Positions 54,688-64,000 of a DNA stretch of 64,000 bases are shown here, in pieces. The DNA lies in assembly GCA_963724765.1 (NCBI GenBank), contig CAVRVY010000001.1, positions 1,056,001-1,120,000 on the forward strand, given 5' to 3'. Below the pieces are notes generated by a model. It was not told where the DNA came from. It was given only the letters and a program-made list of their open reading frames with translations, and made no database searches. A program made the position numbers and the translations under genes. The number at the start of each line of letters is the position of its first letter. Position 1 is the first letter of the stretch. The stretch comes from an uncultured delta proteobacterium. Its GTDB lineage: Bacteria; Desulfobacterota; Binatia; Binatales; Binataceae.

Positions 54688-55557
54688 TTACGTTTGAGTA
54701 CGCCTGCCGGTCAGGCGCGGCAGCAGCGCTAAAATGACCAGCGCCATTACCCACGCCGCCGCGCCGCTGATCAGCGCCGGCCGATCGTAACCGACGATCC
54801 AGTGGGGCAGCGCCGCTCCCGGCGCATCGCTGAAGGGCCATAGCTTTACGCCGAGCACCAGACCGGCATGCAGTCCGGCCGAGAAATAAACATTGCCGGT
54901 CACCAGGAACGCCTCACCCAACACCAGGCCGAGCAGAAAGAGTCCGAATAGCGCGGGCAGTGCCGCTGCGGGATGCGCCAGTTGCGCGAGGCTCGCGTAG
55001 AGATTGTAAAAGCCCGCCGCCGCGTCGAACCCGGTCAGGTAGAATCGCGCGGGCGAGCGCACCAGATGCGCCAGCGCATAGATCGCCGCGCTGATCGCCA
55101 GCGCACCGGTGCGGCCGAAGTCCGCGACCATCCCGCCCAGCAAGAAGGCGCGGAAGAATCCCTCCTCGATTATCGCGATCAGGATTGCCCCGGCCACGTA
55201 TTTTGGCGCGCGCGCGAGCGCCTCGCCGGCCCGCATCCCGTTGCGTCCGCCGAACGCCGCGCCGAGCGCGAGCAGGATTCCAATCACCGCCGCCGCGACC
55301 AGCAATCCGCGCAGCAAGGCGCCGAGATTATCCAGCGGGCGCGCGAAGCCGCGCCGCAACAGCCGCGCGACTCCCAGTTGGCGCGCCCACAGCGTCAGCA
55401 TCACCGCCAGCGCGGCCATCACGGTGCGATCGAAGATGCGTGGGAACGGGAAATGGTACCCGGCGGCCACAACCGCGGTTGCCACGAGCGGTGCGATGAG
55501 CGCCGCCGCGGCGGCTGCGAGCAAAAGCGCGATCGTTAGTCTGAGCGTGAAGGGCAT
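54688..55557 (-). CDS. CPBP (Abi/CAAX) intramembrane metalloprotease
   Basis: EEGFFR, YALAH, GLHAG. Confidence 0.85.
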   Translation of the reverse strand: MPFTLRLTIALLLAAAAAALIAPLVATAVVAAGYHFPFPRIFDRTVMAALAVMLTLWARQLGVARLLRRGFARPLDNLGALLRGLLVAAAVIGILLALGAAFGGRNGMRAGEALARAPKYVAGAILIAIIEEGFFRAFLLGGMVADFGRTGALAISAAIYALAHLVRSPARFYLTGFDAAAGFYNLYASLAQLAHPAAALPALFGLFLLGLVLGEAFLVTGNVYFSAGLHAGLVLGVKLWPFSDAPGAALPHWIVGYDRPALISGAAAWVMALVILALLPRLTGRRTQT

Positions 55558-55690
55558 CGTGGATGAGCGTTCGCGTTCGGCTTGGCGCACAATCCCACGA
55601 GCGATATCGGTTGCAGGCGCGCCATGCAAGCGGCGATATTGAGATGACAGTCGCTGCGAACGATATTGAAGATCGGCGAGGAGGGCTCGT

Positions 55691-56470
55691 ATGGACCTGG
55701 GACTCAAGGGCAGGGCCGCGCTGGTGACCGGCGCGAGCATGGGAATCGGCGAAGCGGCTGCGATTGAGCTTGCGGGCGAGGGATGCAACCTCGCGATCTG
55801 CGCGCGCCACGCCGACCAGCTTGCCAAGGTGCGCGATGAGGCCGTTGCGCGGGGCGTGCGATGTCTGGTTGCCGAGTGCGACATCCGCAAGCCCGACGAT
55901 ATAGCGGCCTTGATAGACGAAGTCGGCCGCGCTTACGGCCGCCTCGATATCCTGGTGAACAACGCCGGCGCTGCTACCCACGGCACCTTCGCCTCGTTGA
56001 GCGACGAGCAACTGCTGGCGGACTACGAGCTGAAGGTTCTCGGACAGTTGCGATGCACGCGCGCCGCGCTGCCATTGCTGGAGCGGAGCCCGGCGCCCCG
56101 CGTGATCAACGTCAACGCGATCGCAGGGCGGGTGGTGATGCCCGGGCTGTTCGCCACCGCCACCCATCGCGCATCGTGCTACGCGCTTAGCAAGGCGCTC
56201 GCCTGGGAACTCGCGGACCGCAAAATCCTGGTAAACTCGGTGAATATCGGGCTCGTGCATACCAACCAGATCGAACGTGCCCATGCGCGCCGCGCGCCCG
56301 ACGTCCCGCGGGAGAAATTCATGGCGCAGGCGGCGCAGATCGTGCCGCTCAAACGCTTCGGCGAACCGCACGAGGTCTCGGGCCTGATCGCGTTTCTGGC
56401 GTCGGACCGCGCGGGCTTCATCACCGGCGCATCGATCGACGTCGGCGGCGGGCAAGGCGCCCACGTGTAA
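55691..56470 (+). CDS. SDR oxidoreductase
   Basis: TGASMGIG, NNAG, FITGASIDVGGG. Confidence 0.9.
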   Translation: MDLGLKGRAALVTGASMGIGEAAAIELAGEGCNLAICARHADQLAKVRDEAVARGVRCLVAECDIRKPDDIAALIDEVGRAYGRLDILVNNAGAATHGTFASLSDEQLLADYELKVLGQLRCTRAALPLLERSPAPRVINVNAIAGRVVMPGLFATATHRASCYALSKALAWELADRKILVNSVNIGLVHTNQIERAHARRAPDVPREKFMAQAAQIVPLKRFGEPHEVSGLIAFLASDRAGFITGASIDVGGGQGAHV

Positions 56471-56567
56471 GGCGCCGAGAAGACCCGATGGTCACGTTTG
56501 ACGGCTCTTGCAACCGATGCGATCGAGAGGGTTGAAATTGCTACCGCGGCCGCGCGAGTATTGAACA

Positions 56568-56780
56568 ATGAAATTCGTTGTGACGCTCCAAAAGGGCGAG
56601 GACGGGTTCATTATTGCTGAGTGTCCGGCTCTCCCGGGATGCATAACGCAGGGCCGGACCAACGAAGAGGCGCTCGCCAACATCCGCGAAGCGATTGAGC
56701 TCAGCCTGGAGAGCCGCATAGCGCTCGGTATGCCGCTATCCATGGAGATCGCCGAAGTAGAGGTTTCGGCGATTGGGTGA
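56568..56780 (+). CDS. hicB: short HicB-family antitoxin (no DNA-binding domain)
   Basis: CPALPGCITQG.T.EEAL.NIREAI. Confidence 0.88.
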   Translation: MKFVVTLQKGEDGFIIAECPALPGCITQGRTNEEALANIREAIELSLESRIALGMPLSMEIAEVEVSAIG

Positions 56781-57007
56781 TGGCCCAGCTTCCTGTCTGC
56801 TCCGGTGCCGAAGCAATCCGGGCGTTCGAGCGGGCGGGGTGGATTCGGGTTCGTCAACGCGGCAGCCACGTCTCTCTGCACAAGCCCGACATGCGGGATC
56901 TCCTTACCGTGCCGCTTCATCCAACCCTTGATCGCGGGATGCTTCGAAGCCTTATTCGCAAGGCCGGACTCTCGGTCGAGGAGTTTGACGCTCTGCTGGC
57001 TGGTTGA
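56777..57007 (+). CDS. hicA: HicA-family mRNA interferase toxin
   Basis: GW..VRQRGSH, TVPLH, G.LRSLI..AG. Confidence 0.88.
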   Translation: MMAQLPVCSGAEAIRAFERAGWIRVRQRGSHVSLHKPDMRDLLTVPLHPTLDRGMLRSLIRKAGLSVEEFDALLAG

Positions 57008-57029
57008 GTTGAGCCGTCAATAGATCGCT

Positions 57030-57095
57030 CGCGCTCTCGGGGTTGCGTTGCGGTCCGAGCACGACGTCGGCGGCGGGCAAAGCGCCCACGTGTGA
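57030..57095. repeat. chimeric junction: copy of SDR2 3' end fused to copy of SDR1 3' end
   Basis: 57030-57064 matches 58435-58469 (32/35); 57062-57095 matches 56437-56470 (32/34); overlap CGA. Confidence 0.9.
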
Positions 57096-57159
57096 TCCAT
57101 CGCCTTGCAAACGCCTTGGTCGCGGCGATCGCGCCGCCAAGAGCGCAAGGGGAGGCTAA

Positions 57160-58419
57160 ATGGCCATCGATTTCACTTTGAGCGAGGGGCAACAACAACT
57201 CCAATCGGATGCGCGGGCTTTCGCCCGCTCCGTTCTCGGCGGTGTGAAGGAGAGAATCGCGAAGATTGCCAAGCCAGAGGAGCGATTCTATGCGACCCGG
57301 CCTTTTTACCGCGAGATGGCGCAGGCCGGATTCGTGAAATCGCTGATCCCCAGCCAATACGGCGGCGCGGGGCTGTCGACCATCGATCTCGCGCTCGCCG
57401 CCGAAGAGCTCGCCGCCGTTGACGTCAACGTTCCGACCACGCTCCTTGCGACCGGTCTCGGCCTTCAGCCGGTGATCCAGTTCGGCTCCGAGCGGCACAA
57501 GCGCGAATTTCTTCCCGACTTCGTCCATCACGGAGAGGATCGCCTGGCGGCATTCGCCTTTACCGAGGTGACCGGCGGCGCCAATTTTGATTCACCCGAT
57601 CCCGCCACCGGCGTGCGCACCTTAGCCCGGCGCGAGGGGGACGAATGGGTCATCAGCGGGCACAAGCATTACACCACCAACGGCACCGGATGGGACGGCA
57701 AGGGTGCGCATCTCTACACGGTCATTTGCCGGACCGATCTTAACCAGCCTCCGCACGAGTCGCTCGCCGTCATCGCGGTGCCAGGAAACAGCGAAGGCAT
57801 CCGCATAACCGGGATGATCGATACGCTGGGACATCGCGCCGTAAGCTCGCCGCGCATCCACTTCGACGATGTGCGTGTCCCGGCCGCAAACCTTATCGGC
57901 CGCCCCGGCGACGGAGCTGCGATCATCTCGCGCTCATTCGCGTGGACCGCGGCTCTTATCGGCGCTGCGTGCACCGGCGTGATGCGTTCGGCGTTCGATT
58001 GCGCGCTGAATTTTGCCAGGACCGACAAGCGCTCGGGGCCGGTGCCGGTGATCGAGTACCAGAACGTGGGCTACATGCTGGCGGACCTGAAGATGAGGAT
58101 CGAAGCCTCACGCTATCTCACCTGGAAGGCGTGCCATTACTTCGATGCCACCGGCGGGCTCGGCGAGGAGCTGCCGATCATCGCCAAGGTTTATTGCTCG
58201 GAACTTGCCGTGCAGGTGGTTTACGACGCGATGCGGCTGGTCGGTATCGATAGCTACACCGACATGCAGCCGTTGGCGGGGTTGATGCAGGACGCGCTCG
58301 CCTTTCCGCTCTATGACGGCGGCAACATGGGCGTCAGGCGCCGGCAGTTGCATGCGATCTTCCGCTCACCCCGGTACGATCCGATGGCGGCCGCGGAAGG
58401 GCGCCCGCCGGTGCGCTGA
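57160..58419 (+). CDS. acyl-CoA dehydrogenase family, nitroalkane oxidase-like
   Basis: AFAFTE, SGHK..TNG; C-terminal PLYDGGNMG has Asp where ACADs have the catalytic Glu. Confidence 0.85.
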   Translation: MAIDFTLSEGQQQLQSDARAFARSVLGGVKERIAKIAKPEERFYATRPFYREMAQAGFVKSLIPSQYGGAGLSTIDLALAAEELAAVDVNVPTTLLATGLGLQPVIQFGSERHKREFLPDFVHHGEDRLAAFAFTEVTGGANFDSPDPATGVRTLARREGDEWVISGHKHYTTNGTGWDGKGAHLYTVICRTDLNQPPHESLAVIAVPGNSEGIRITGMIDTLGHRAVSSPRIHFDDVRVPAANLIGRPGDGAAIISRSFAWTAALIGAACTGVMRSAFDCALNFARTDKRSGPVPVIEYQNVGYMLADLKMRIEASRYLTWKACHYFDATGGLGEELPIIAKVYCSELAVQVVYDAMRLVGIDSYTDMQPLAGLMQDALAFPLYDGGNMGVRRRQLHAIFRSPRYDPMAAAEGRPPVR

Positions 58420-58428
58420 GGGCTAGCG

Positions 58429-59160
58429 CTAACGCGCGCGCTCGGGGTTGCGTTGCGGCTCGAGCACGATTTCTACCGGACATGCGCGCACTGGCGCGCG
58501 CAGCACGGACATCACCGCCTCCGCCACGTCCTCGGGTGCGAGCATCAGTGAGCGGTCGAGATGCTTGTTGTGCGGGATGAGCGCGGTGTCGGCCAGTCCC
58601 GGAATTATCACCGCCAGCTTCACGCCGCTCGAGCGAAGCTCGGCAAAGGCGGCGCGGCTGAACGCGACCAGCCCGGCCTTGGCCGCCGCATAGACCGTCT
58701 CTCCAGCCGGTGTGCTGTGCGCCGCTGCCGAAGCGATATTGACGATCGCGCCGCCGCCGCTTTTGACCATTCGCGTCGCGGCCAGGCGTGCAAGCGCGAT
58801 CGGCGCGCGCAGATTCACGGCCAGAATGCGGTCCTGCGTCGCCGCGCTGGTCTTGAGCAGCGGCGTTCGCGGCGGAGCCCATCCGGCATTGTTCACCAGC
58901 ACGTCGACTTGTCCGAAATGCTCGAGCGCCGTATCGAATAGCTCCTGTGGGCTCTCCTCGCCGGCGAGATCGATCAGCACGATGAGCGATCGCGCCGGCT
59001 CGAGGCCCGAAAGACGCCGCGTCTGTTCGAGTTCATCGAAGCTGCGCGCGGCCAAGCATAGTGCGTAGCCCTCGCGTGCGAGCGCCAGCGCTGTCGCGCG
59101 GCCGATTCCGCGTCCGGCGCCGGTTACCAGCGCAACGCGCTGCGTCTTTTGCCCTGCCAT
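58429..59160 (-). CDS. SDR oxidoreductase
   Basis: TGAGRGIG, NNAG, YAAAK. Confidence 0.9.
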   Translation of the reverse strand: MAGQKTQRVALVTGAGRGIGRATALALAREGYALCLAARSFDELEQTRRLSGLEPARSLIVLIDLAGEESPQELFDTALEHFGQVDVLVNNAGWAPPRTPLLKTSAATQDRILAVNLRAPIALARLAATRMVKSGGGAIVNIASAAAHSTPAGETVYAAAKAGLVAFSRAAFAELRSSGVKLAVIIPGLADTALIPHNKHLDRSLMLAPEDVAEAVMSVLRAPVRACPVEIVLEPQRNPERAR

Positions 59161-59300
59161 CCCGATATGCGGCGGCCCTGCCGCCGGTCAGAAACGCAGC
59201 TTGCACGATCAGGCCGACTTCCACAAACTGTGGTGGACACGGCCGCGGGCTGGGGGCTTCGTGAGGGCTGCGGCGCGCGCTGGGGAGGCAGGCAGCAACG

Positions 59301-60656
59301 ATGAATCCGCAGGTTTTTCGCGAGTACGATATTCGCGGCATTGTCGAGCGCGACTTCGACGACGACCTCGTCGTTAGTCTCGGACGCGCCTACGCGACGA
59401 TGCTCAAGCGGGCGGGCAAGGCCACGATTACGCTTGGCCGCGACTGCCGGCTGTCCTCGGACCGCCTGTTCGGGCTGCTGAGCGACGGACTGCTGCAAAG
59501 CGGCATCAACGTGGTCGACATCGGTGTCGTGCCCACCCCGCTTCTGTACTTTTCGGTGATTCACTGGCGGATGGACGGCGGCGCGATGATTACCGGCAGT
59601 CACAACGCCGCCGAATACAACGGCTTCAAGCTCGGCGTGGGGCCCTCGACCATGTACGGCGAAGAAATCCAGGAACTCCGGCGCATCATCGAGCGCAAGG
59701 ATTTTCCCGCCGCCGGCGCTCGCGGCGCGCTCAGCACGCGCTCGGTGCATGGCGACTACAACAACTTCATCAAGCGCACCATCACGCTGCGGCCGGGACT
59801 CAAGGTCGCGGTCGACGGCGGCAACGGATGCGGCGGGGTGGTCGCGGCGCCGTTGATGCGCGAGTTAGGACTCGAGACGGTCGAACTGTTCATTGAGATG
59901 GACGGCCGCTTCCCCAACCATCATCCAGACCCCACGGTCGAGGAGAACATGCGCGATCTCATCGCGGCGGTGAAGAGCAGCGGTGCGCGAATCGGGATTG
60001 CTTACGACGGTGACGCCGACCGGGTCGGCGCGGTCGACGAAAACGGCCGTATCGTGTGGGGCGACGAGTTGATGGTCGTGTTCTCGCGCGCGATTCTGCG
60101 CGAGCGTCCAGGCGCTGCGATTATCGGCGACGTCAAATGTTCCAACCGCATGTACGACGACATCACGGCGCACGGCGGCCGCGCGATCATGTGGAAGACC
60201 GGCCATTCGCTGATCAAGAGCAAGCTCAAGGAGGAGCACGCTGCGTTGGCCGGCGAGATGAGCGGGCATATGTTTTTCGCCGACCGCTACTACGGCTTCG
60301 ACGACGCCATCTACGCCTCTTTCCGCCTGCTCGAGATCGTCAGCCGCGAGGGCCGCGGTCTGGCCGACATCCTCGCCGACCTGCCCAAGAGCAGCTTCAC
60401 GCCCGAGATTCGTCTGGATTGCCCCGACGAGCGCAAGTTCGACGTGGTGCGCAAGGCCGCCGACTACTTCCGCGCGCACTACGAGGTGATCGAAATCGAC
60501 GGCGCACGAGTCAAGCTCCCCGGCGGATGGGGCCTCGTGCGCGCCTCGAATACGCAGCCGGCGCTGGTGATGCGCTTCGAGGCGCGCGACGAAAAGACCC
60601 GGGACGAAATTCGCACGCTGTTCGAGAGCAAGCTCAAAGAACTGGGCGCGATGTGA
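59301..60656 (+). CDS. phosphomannomutase/phosphoglucomutase
   Basis: FREYDIRG, TGSHN, DGDADR, GEMSGH, RASNT. Confidence 0.95.
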   Translation: MNPQVFREYDIRGIVERDFDDDLVVSLGRAYATMLKRAGKATITLGRDCRLSSDRLFGLLSDGLLQSGINVVDIGVVPTPLLYFSVIHWRMDGGAMITGSHNAAEYNGFKLGVGPSTMYGEEIQELRRIIERKDFPAAGARGALSTRSVHGDYNNFIKRTITLRPGLKVAVDGGNGCGGVVAAPLMRELGLETVELFIEMDGRFPNHHPDPTVEENMRDLIAAVKSSGARIGIAYDGDADRVGAVDENGRIVWGDELMVVFSRAILRERPGAAIIGDVKCSNRMYDDITAHGGRAIMWKTGHSLIKSKLKEEHAALAGEMSGHMFFADRYYGFDDAIYASFRLLEIVSREGRGLADILADLPKSSFTPEIRLDCPDERKFDVVRKAADYFRAHYEVIEIDGARVKLPGGWGLVRASNTQPALVMRFEARDEKTRDEIRTLFESKLKELGAM

Positions 60657-61711
60657 GCGCGGCCAGGCCGAGCGCGCTCATCATCGCCGGCGGACGCGGC
60701 ACCCGTTTTTGGCCCGAGAGCCGCGCCTGGCGTCCCAAGCCGCTGTTTTCGATTGACGGCCGCACCTCGTTGCTCGCTGACACTATCGCGCGGGTCGCGC
60801 CGGTGACCGGGCGCGCCCGGACGTTCGTGCTGGTTTCGGCCGATCAGCGCGCGATCTTCCGCAAAGCGCTGCGCGGCCTGGTCCCCCCCGCGAATCTCAT
60901 CGTCGAGCCGAGCGCACGCGGCACCGCGATCGCGATCGCTTACGGATGCGCGACGATCGCGCATCGCGCCGGCCCGGGTGTCGTCGCCGTGATGCCCGCC
61001 GACCACTACATCACGCCGCCCACGGCTTTTCGCCGCACGCTCGGCGACGCGATCTCGCTTGCCGCCACGCGCCACGCCGTGGTCGTGATCGGCGTCGTCC
61101 CCGATCGCCCCGAGCCCGGCTACGGCTATCAGCAGATCGGGCGACCGATGGGGCGCGGATTCCAGGTCGTGCGTTTCGTCGAAAAGCCGCCCCTTGCAGT
61201 GGCGCGCCGGATGGTCGCGTCGGGAAAGTTTTGGTGGAACGCCGGGATGTTCGTGATGGAGGCCGCGACGCTCGCCTCCGAGCTCGACCAGCACGCTTCG
61301 GGCCTCGCCGCCGCGATGCGCGAATTCGCCGGAGCGCCGGCGGCCAGGGTCGCGCGCATCTACCGCGGGCTCGACTTCGGCGCGTTCGACCGCGTAGTGG
61401 CCGAAAAGAGCCGCAACGTGCTGAGCGTGCGCGCGCGTTTTCGATGGCATGATGTGGGAAGCTGGGAGGGGCTTTGGGAGGCGCTTGGCGGGCGCGAATC
61501 CAACGTGCTCAAGGGCGAGGTGATCGCACTTGACTGCGAGGGCGTGCTGGCACGCGGCGGCGCGGGGCGCCTGACGGTGTTGCTGGGAGTTAAAGACCTG
61601 GTCGCAGTTGACACCGGCGACGCGCTCCTGATTGCCAGCCGCAAAAGCTCGCAGGATCTCCGCTGCGTGGTCGACGAACTCGCCCGCCGCCGCCTCGATC
61701 GCTACCTGTAG
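60653..61711 (+). CDS. manC: mannose-1-phosphate guanylyltransferase
   Basis: AGGRGTRFWP.SR..PK, PADH, GYGY, FVEKP, WHDVGSW. Confidence 0.9.
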   Translation: MSAARPSALIIAGGRGTRFWPESRAWRPKPLFSIDGRTSLLADTIARVAPVTGRARTFVLVSADQRAIFRKALRGLVPPANLIVEPSARGTAIAIAYGCATIAHRAGPGVVAVMPADHYITPPTAFRRTLGDAISLAATRHAVVVIGVVPDRPEPGYGYQQIGRPMGRGFQVVRFVEKPPLAVARRMVASGKFWWNAGMFVMEAATLASELDQHASGLAAAMREFAGAPAARVARIYRGLDFGAFDRVVAEKSRNVLSVRARFRWHDVGSWEGLWEALGGRESNVLKGEVIALDCEGVLARGGAGRLTVLLGVKDLVAVDTGDALLIASRKSSQDLRCVVDELARRRLDRYL

Positions 61712-61726
61712 TATGGCAGCCTGGAT

Positions 61727-62185
61727 TCAGTCGAGCGCCTGCGGGTCGCACTTTAGCGCGAGCTCGCGCAGTTCGCCGAGACTGCGATCGTCTTCGAGCG
61801 CTATCGTGCGCAGGCGCGCCGCAAACGCCGGATCGATTTCCTCCCAATGGAGCGCCTGCTGGTTCACCTCGCGCGAGAGCTCGAGCATCAGCGCAAGGTC
61901 GCCGCTCACGCGCGCCCAATTGCTGGAACCTTCGGCGCCCATCGGGTGCGGCAGCTTCGACCATGCGTGGCGCTTTCTGAGGAGCGCGTCGAGCGTGCGG
62001 GCGTGCTCAGCCTGGCGCGCCGCCAGCGCGACGAGGCCGCTGGCGATATTGGTGTAAGCGCAAAGCTCGGCGTGATGCGCCAGGCGGTCGGCCAGTTCCT
62101 GATGGCGGCCGGCGATGTCGGCCAGTTCGGCGAGCAGCCGCTCTTCGGGCGGTACCGTGGTAAACATGCGTTGCAGTATTCCCAT
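61727..62185 (-). CDS. hypothetical helical (ferritin-like?) protein
   Basis: 152 aa amphipathic helices, host-like codon usage. Confidence 0.6.
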   Translation of the reverse strand: MGILQRMFTTVPPEERLLAELADIAGRHQELADRLAHHAELCAYTNIASGLVALAARQAEHARTLDALLRKRHAWSKLPHPMGAEGSSNWARVSGDLALMLELSREVNQQALHWEEIDPAFAARLRTIALEDDRSLGELRELALKCDPQALD

Positions 62186-62284
62186 CAGATTTTCATCGGA
62201 CTCGCATCAGCCGCGGGCCTTATTTGTCGCTGCCGCCAAATGATACACGCGGCAAACCGGATATGCATCGGCCATGCTTAATTT

Positions 62285-62869
62285 TCAAGCCTGTTCCGGG
62301 CCGGAGTCGGATGGAAAGACCGCGCGCACCAGGAACGATTCACGTTTGAAGAAGCCGCGCGTATGGTACGAGTTGCCCAGGCGCAACAGCGCGTAGTCGA
62401 AGTAGTGCGCCAACTCGTGCATCAGGGTGCGCAGAAAAGTTTTGGGCTTGACCACGTCGTGGCGCAGCGCCGTGCGCGTCCACAACACGATGCGCGGTGC
62501 GTCGGAATAGAAGATGCCGTGAAGCTCGCCGCGCTGGTTGCGCGGCCGTGCGCCTTTGACTTCGATCGGCACGACACGCACCTCGAGCAGCCGGCATAGC
62601 TCGGCCACCAGGGCTTGCGCCGCGCGCCCGGTGCCCGCGACGCTGCCGCTTTCGAGCGCCGCAACCAGGGCCTCGGCGAGCGCGAGCGCGTTGGGCCCGG
62701 CTACCAGGTCGAAGGCGTCGATCGCGTCGCTGCGCAGGTAGACCTTCTGGTCGCGTGGCGCGAGCCGGTAGAAAAAGCCCGGCAACGCGGCGCGGCCCGC
62801 GGCGGCGCCGCGCGGCGCCGCGGTGCGCGAGCGGGGTTGGGTCGCGCGATGACTTCGGCGGGTTTTCAA
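62285..62869 (-). CDS. hypothetical zincin-like metalloprotein
   Basis: TLMHELAH and downstream HTRGF. Confidence 0.7.
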   Translation of the reverse strand: MKTRRSHRATQPRSRTAAPRGAAAGRAALPGFFYRLAPRDQKVYLRSDAIDAFDLVAGPNALALAEALVAALESGSVAGTGRAAQALVAELCRLLEVRVVPIEVKGARPRNQRGELHGIFYSDAPRIVLWTRTALRHDVVKPKTFLRTLMHELAHYFDYALLRLGNSYHTRGFFKRESFLVRAVFPSDSGPEQA

Positions 62870-62968
62870 TGAATGCCTCGCAACAAATGCCTCGCAATCG
62901 ATGCCTCGGCTCTCCTATCATCCAGCAACCATCGCAGACCCGTAACGAATAGCGGAGAACGCAAACCT

Positions 62969-63451
62969 ATGGAACTCAGTGCAATCGAAATCGTTAAGCC
63001 CGCTGACGCTAACGTGATCATCGGCCAGGCCCACTTCATCAAGACCATCGAGGATCTTTACGAGGCGATCGTCGCAGCGGTGCCGGCGGTCAAGTTTGGC
63101 GTCGCCTTCTGCGAGGCCTCGGGACCGTGCCTCATCCGGCACACCGGAACCGACGCCGAACTGGAAAACGCCGCGGTGCGCGCCGCCAACGCGATCGGCG
63201 CGGGACACGTGTTCGTGATCATGCTTGGCAACGTTTTTCCGATAAACGTGCTCAACCAGGTGAAGGCGGTCGCGGAGGTATGTTCGATCTTCTGCGCCAC
63301 AGCCAATGAGGTGCGCGCGATCGTGGCCGCCGATGGCGGTGCGCGCGGCGTGATGGGCGTGATCGATGGCAGCGCGCCCAATGGAGTCGAGGGCGAGCAG
63401 GACCAGGCCGAGCGGCGTGCGATGCTGCGGCGGTTCGGTTACAAACAGTAG
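62969..63451 (+). CDS. adenosine-specific kinase family (DUF355)
   Basis: NVIIGQAHFIKT, FCEASG, FPINVLN, CATAN, FGYK. Confidence 0.9.
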   Translation: MELSAIEIVKPADANVIIGQAHFIKTIEDLYEAIVAAVPAVKFGVAFCEASGPCLIRHTGTDAELENAAVRAANAIGAGHVFVIMLGNVFPINVLNQVKAVAEVCSIFCATANEVRAIVAADGGARGVMGVIDGSAPNGVEGEQDQAERRAMLRRFGYKQ

Positions 63452-63541
63452 CGGCGGTCGCGCGGTCGCTGGAATCGACGCTCGCGGGCCATTACGCTCA
63501 AGAGAGACGGGGATCGGGATTGCGATGAGATCGGAGAACCG

Positions 63542-64000
63542 ATGAGCCGAGCCGCGATAACGCCCGCGCCGGGCGCGAAGAAACAATCGCGCCCGCGCGA
63601 GCCCTGGATTATCAGGACCTACGCCGGTTTCGGCGACGCGCGACAGGCCAATCGGCGCTTTCTGGAGAACCTGGGCCGCGGACAGCGTGGACTTTCGATC
63701 GCTTTCGATCTGCCCACGCAAAACGGTTATGACCCCGACGCGCCGGTCGCGGCGGGCGAGGTCGGCAAGGCCGGCGTCTCGATCTGCCACTGGGGCGATA
63801 TGGAGGATTTGCTCGCCGGAATCGACCTGGGTGCGATCAACACCTCGATGACGATCAACGCGACCGCGCCGTTTCTGCTCGCGCTCTACCTGGTGGTCGC
63901 CGAGAAGCGCGGCGTGCCATGGACGGAGCTGCGCGGCACAACCCAGAACGATCTGCTCAAGGAATTCGTTGCGCGCGGCACCTCGATTTTCCATCCCGAG
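63542..64000 (+). CDS. MeaA/ethylmalonyl-CoA mutase-like B12 mutase (3' truncated by window edge)
   Basis: manual translation: PWIIRTYAG, GLSIAFDLPTQ.GYD.D, GEVGKAGV, TSMTINA, GTTQND. Confidence 0.88.
   Translation, partial: MSRAAITPAPGAKKQSRPREPWIIRTYAGFGDARQANRRFLENLGRGQRGLSIAFDLPTQNGYDPDAPVAAGEVGKAGVSICHWGDMEDLLAGIDLGAINTSMTINATAPFLLALYLVVAEKRGVPWTELRGTTQNDLLKEFVARGTSIFHPE

Overview
GC-rich bacterial chromosome segment; gene style suggests a soil deltaproteobacteria-like lineage such as Ca. Binatota, which is inference only. Core blocks: acs, rimP-nusA-ylxR-infB-DUF503-rbfA-truB, rpsO-pnp-M16 peptidase, dut-purB-purCSQLF, rpsF-priB(frameshifted)-rpsR-DUF2232-rplI, glgC, PMM/PGM-manC and a partial MeaA/Ecm-like mutase. 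Accessory genes lie between them. Main observations: (1) a complete 2455-bp IS1-family cargo element (16-bp TIRs, 8-bp TSD) with four small passenger genes, apparently leaderless promoters and a shared 20-bp operator-like repeat; (2) a bufferin-like MNIO RiPP locus (ECF sigma/anti-sigma, BufA2-like precursor, DUF692) with no DUF2063 partner, followed by a candidate ~180-nt structured antisense-strand RNA carrying an ECF-type promoter that matches the sigma gene's own; (3) accessory genes bracketed by duplicated 3' ends of neighbouring genes without an integrase, including a chimeric junction that appears to stack two alternative cassettes (hicBA and a nitroalkane-oxidase-like gene) between the same convergent SDR pair; (4) a Tat-exported PaoABC-like molybdoenzyme with a coupled 6-Cys microprotein; (5) a tripartite efflux locus whose outer-membrane gene is on the opposite strand; (6) frequent short tandem duplications at gene starts and ends. 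All calls come from reading the sequence; no searches were run.
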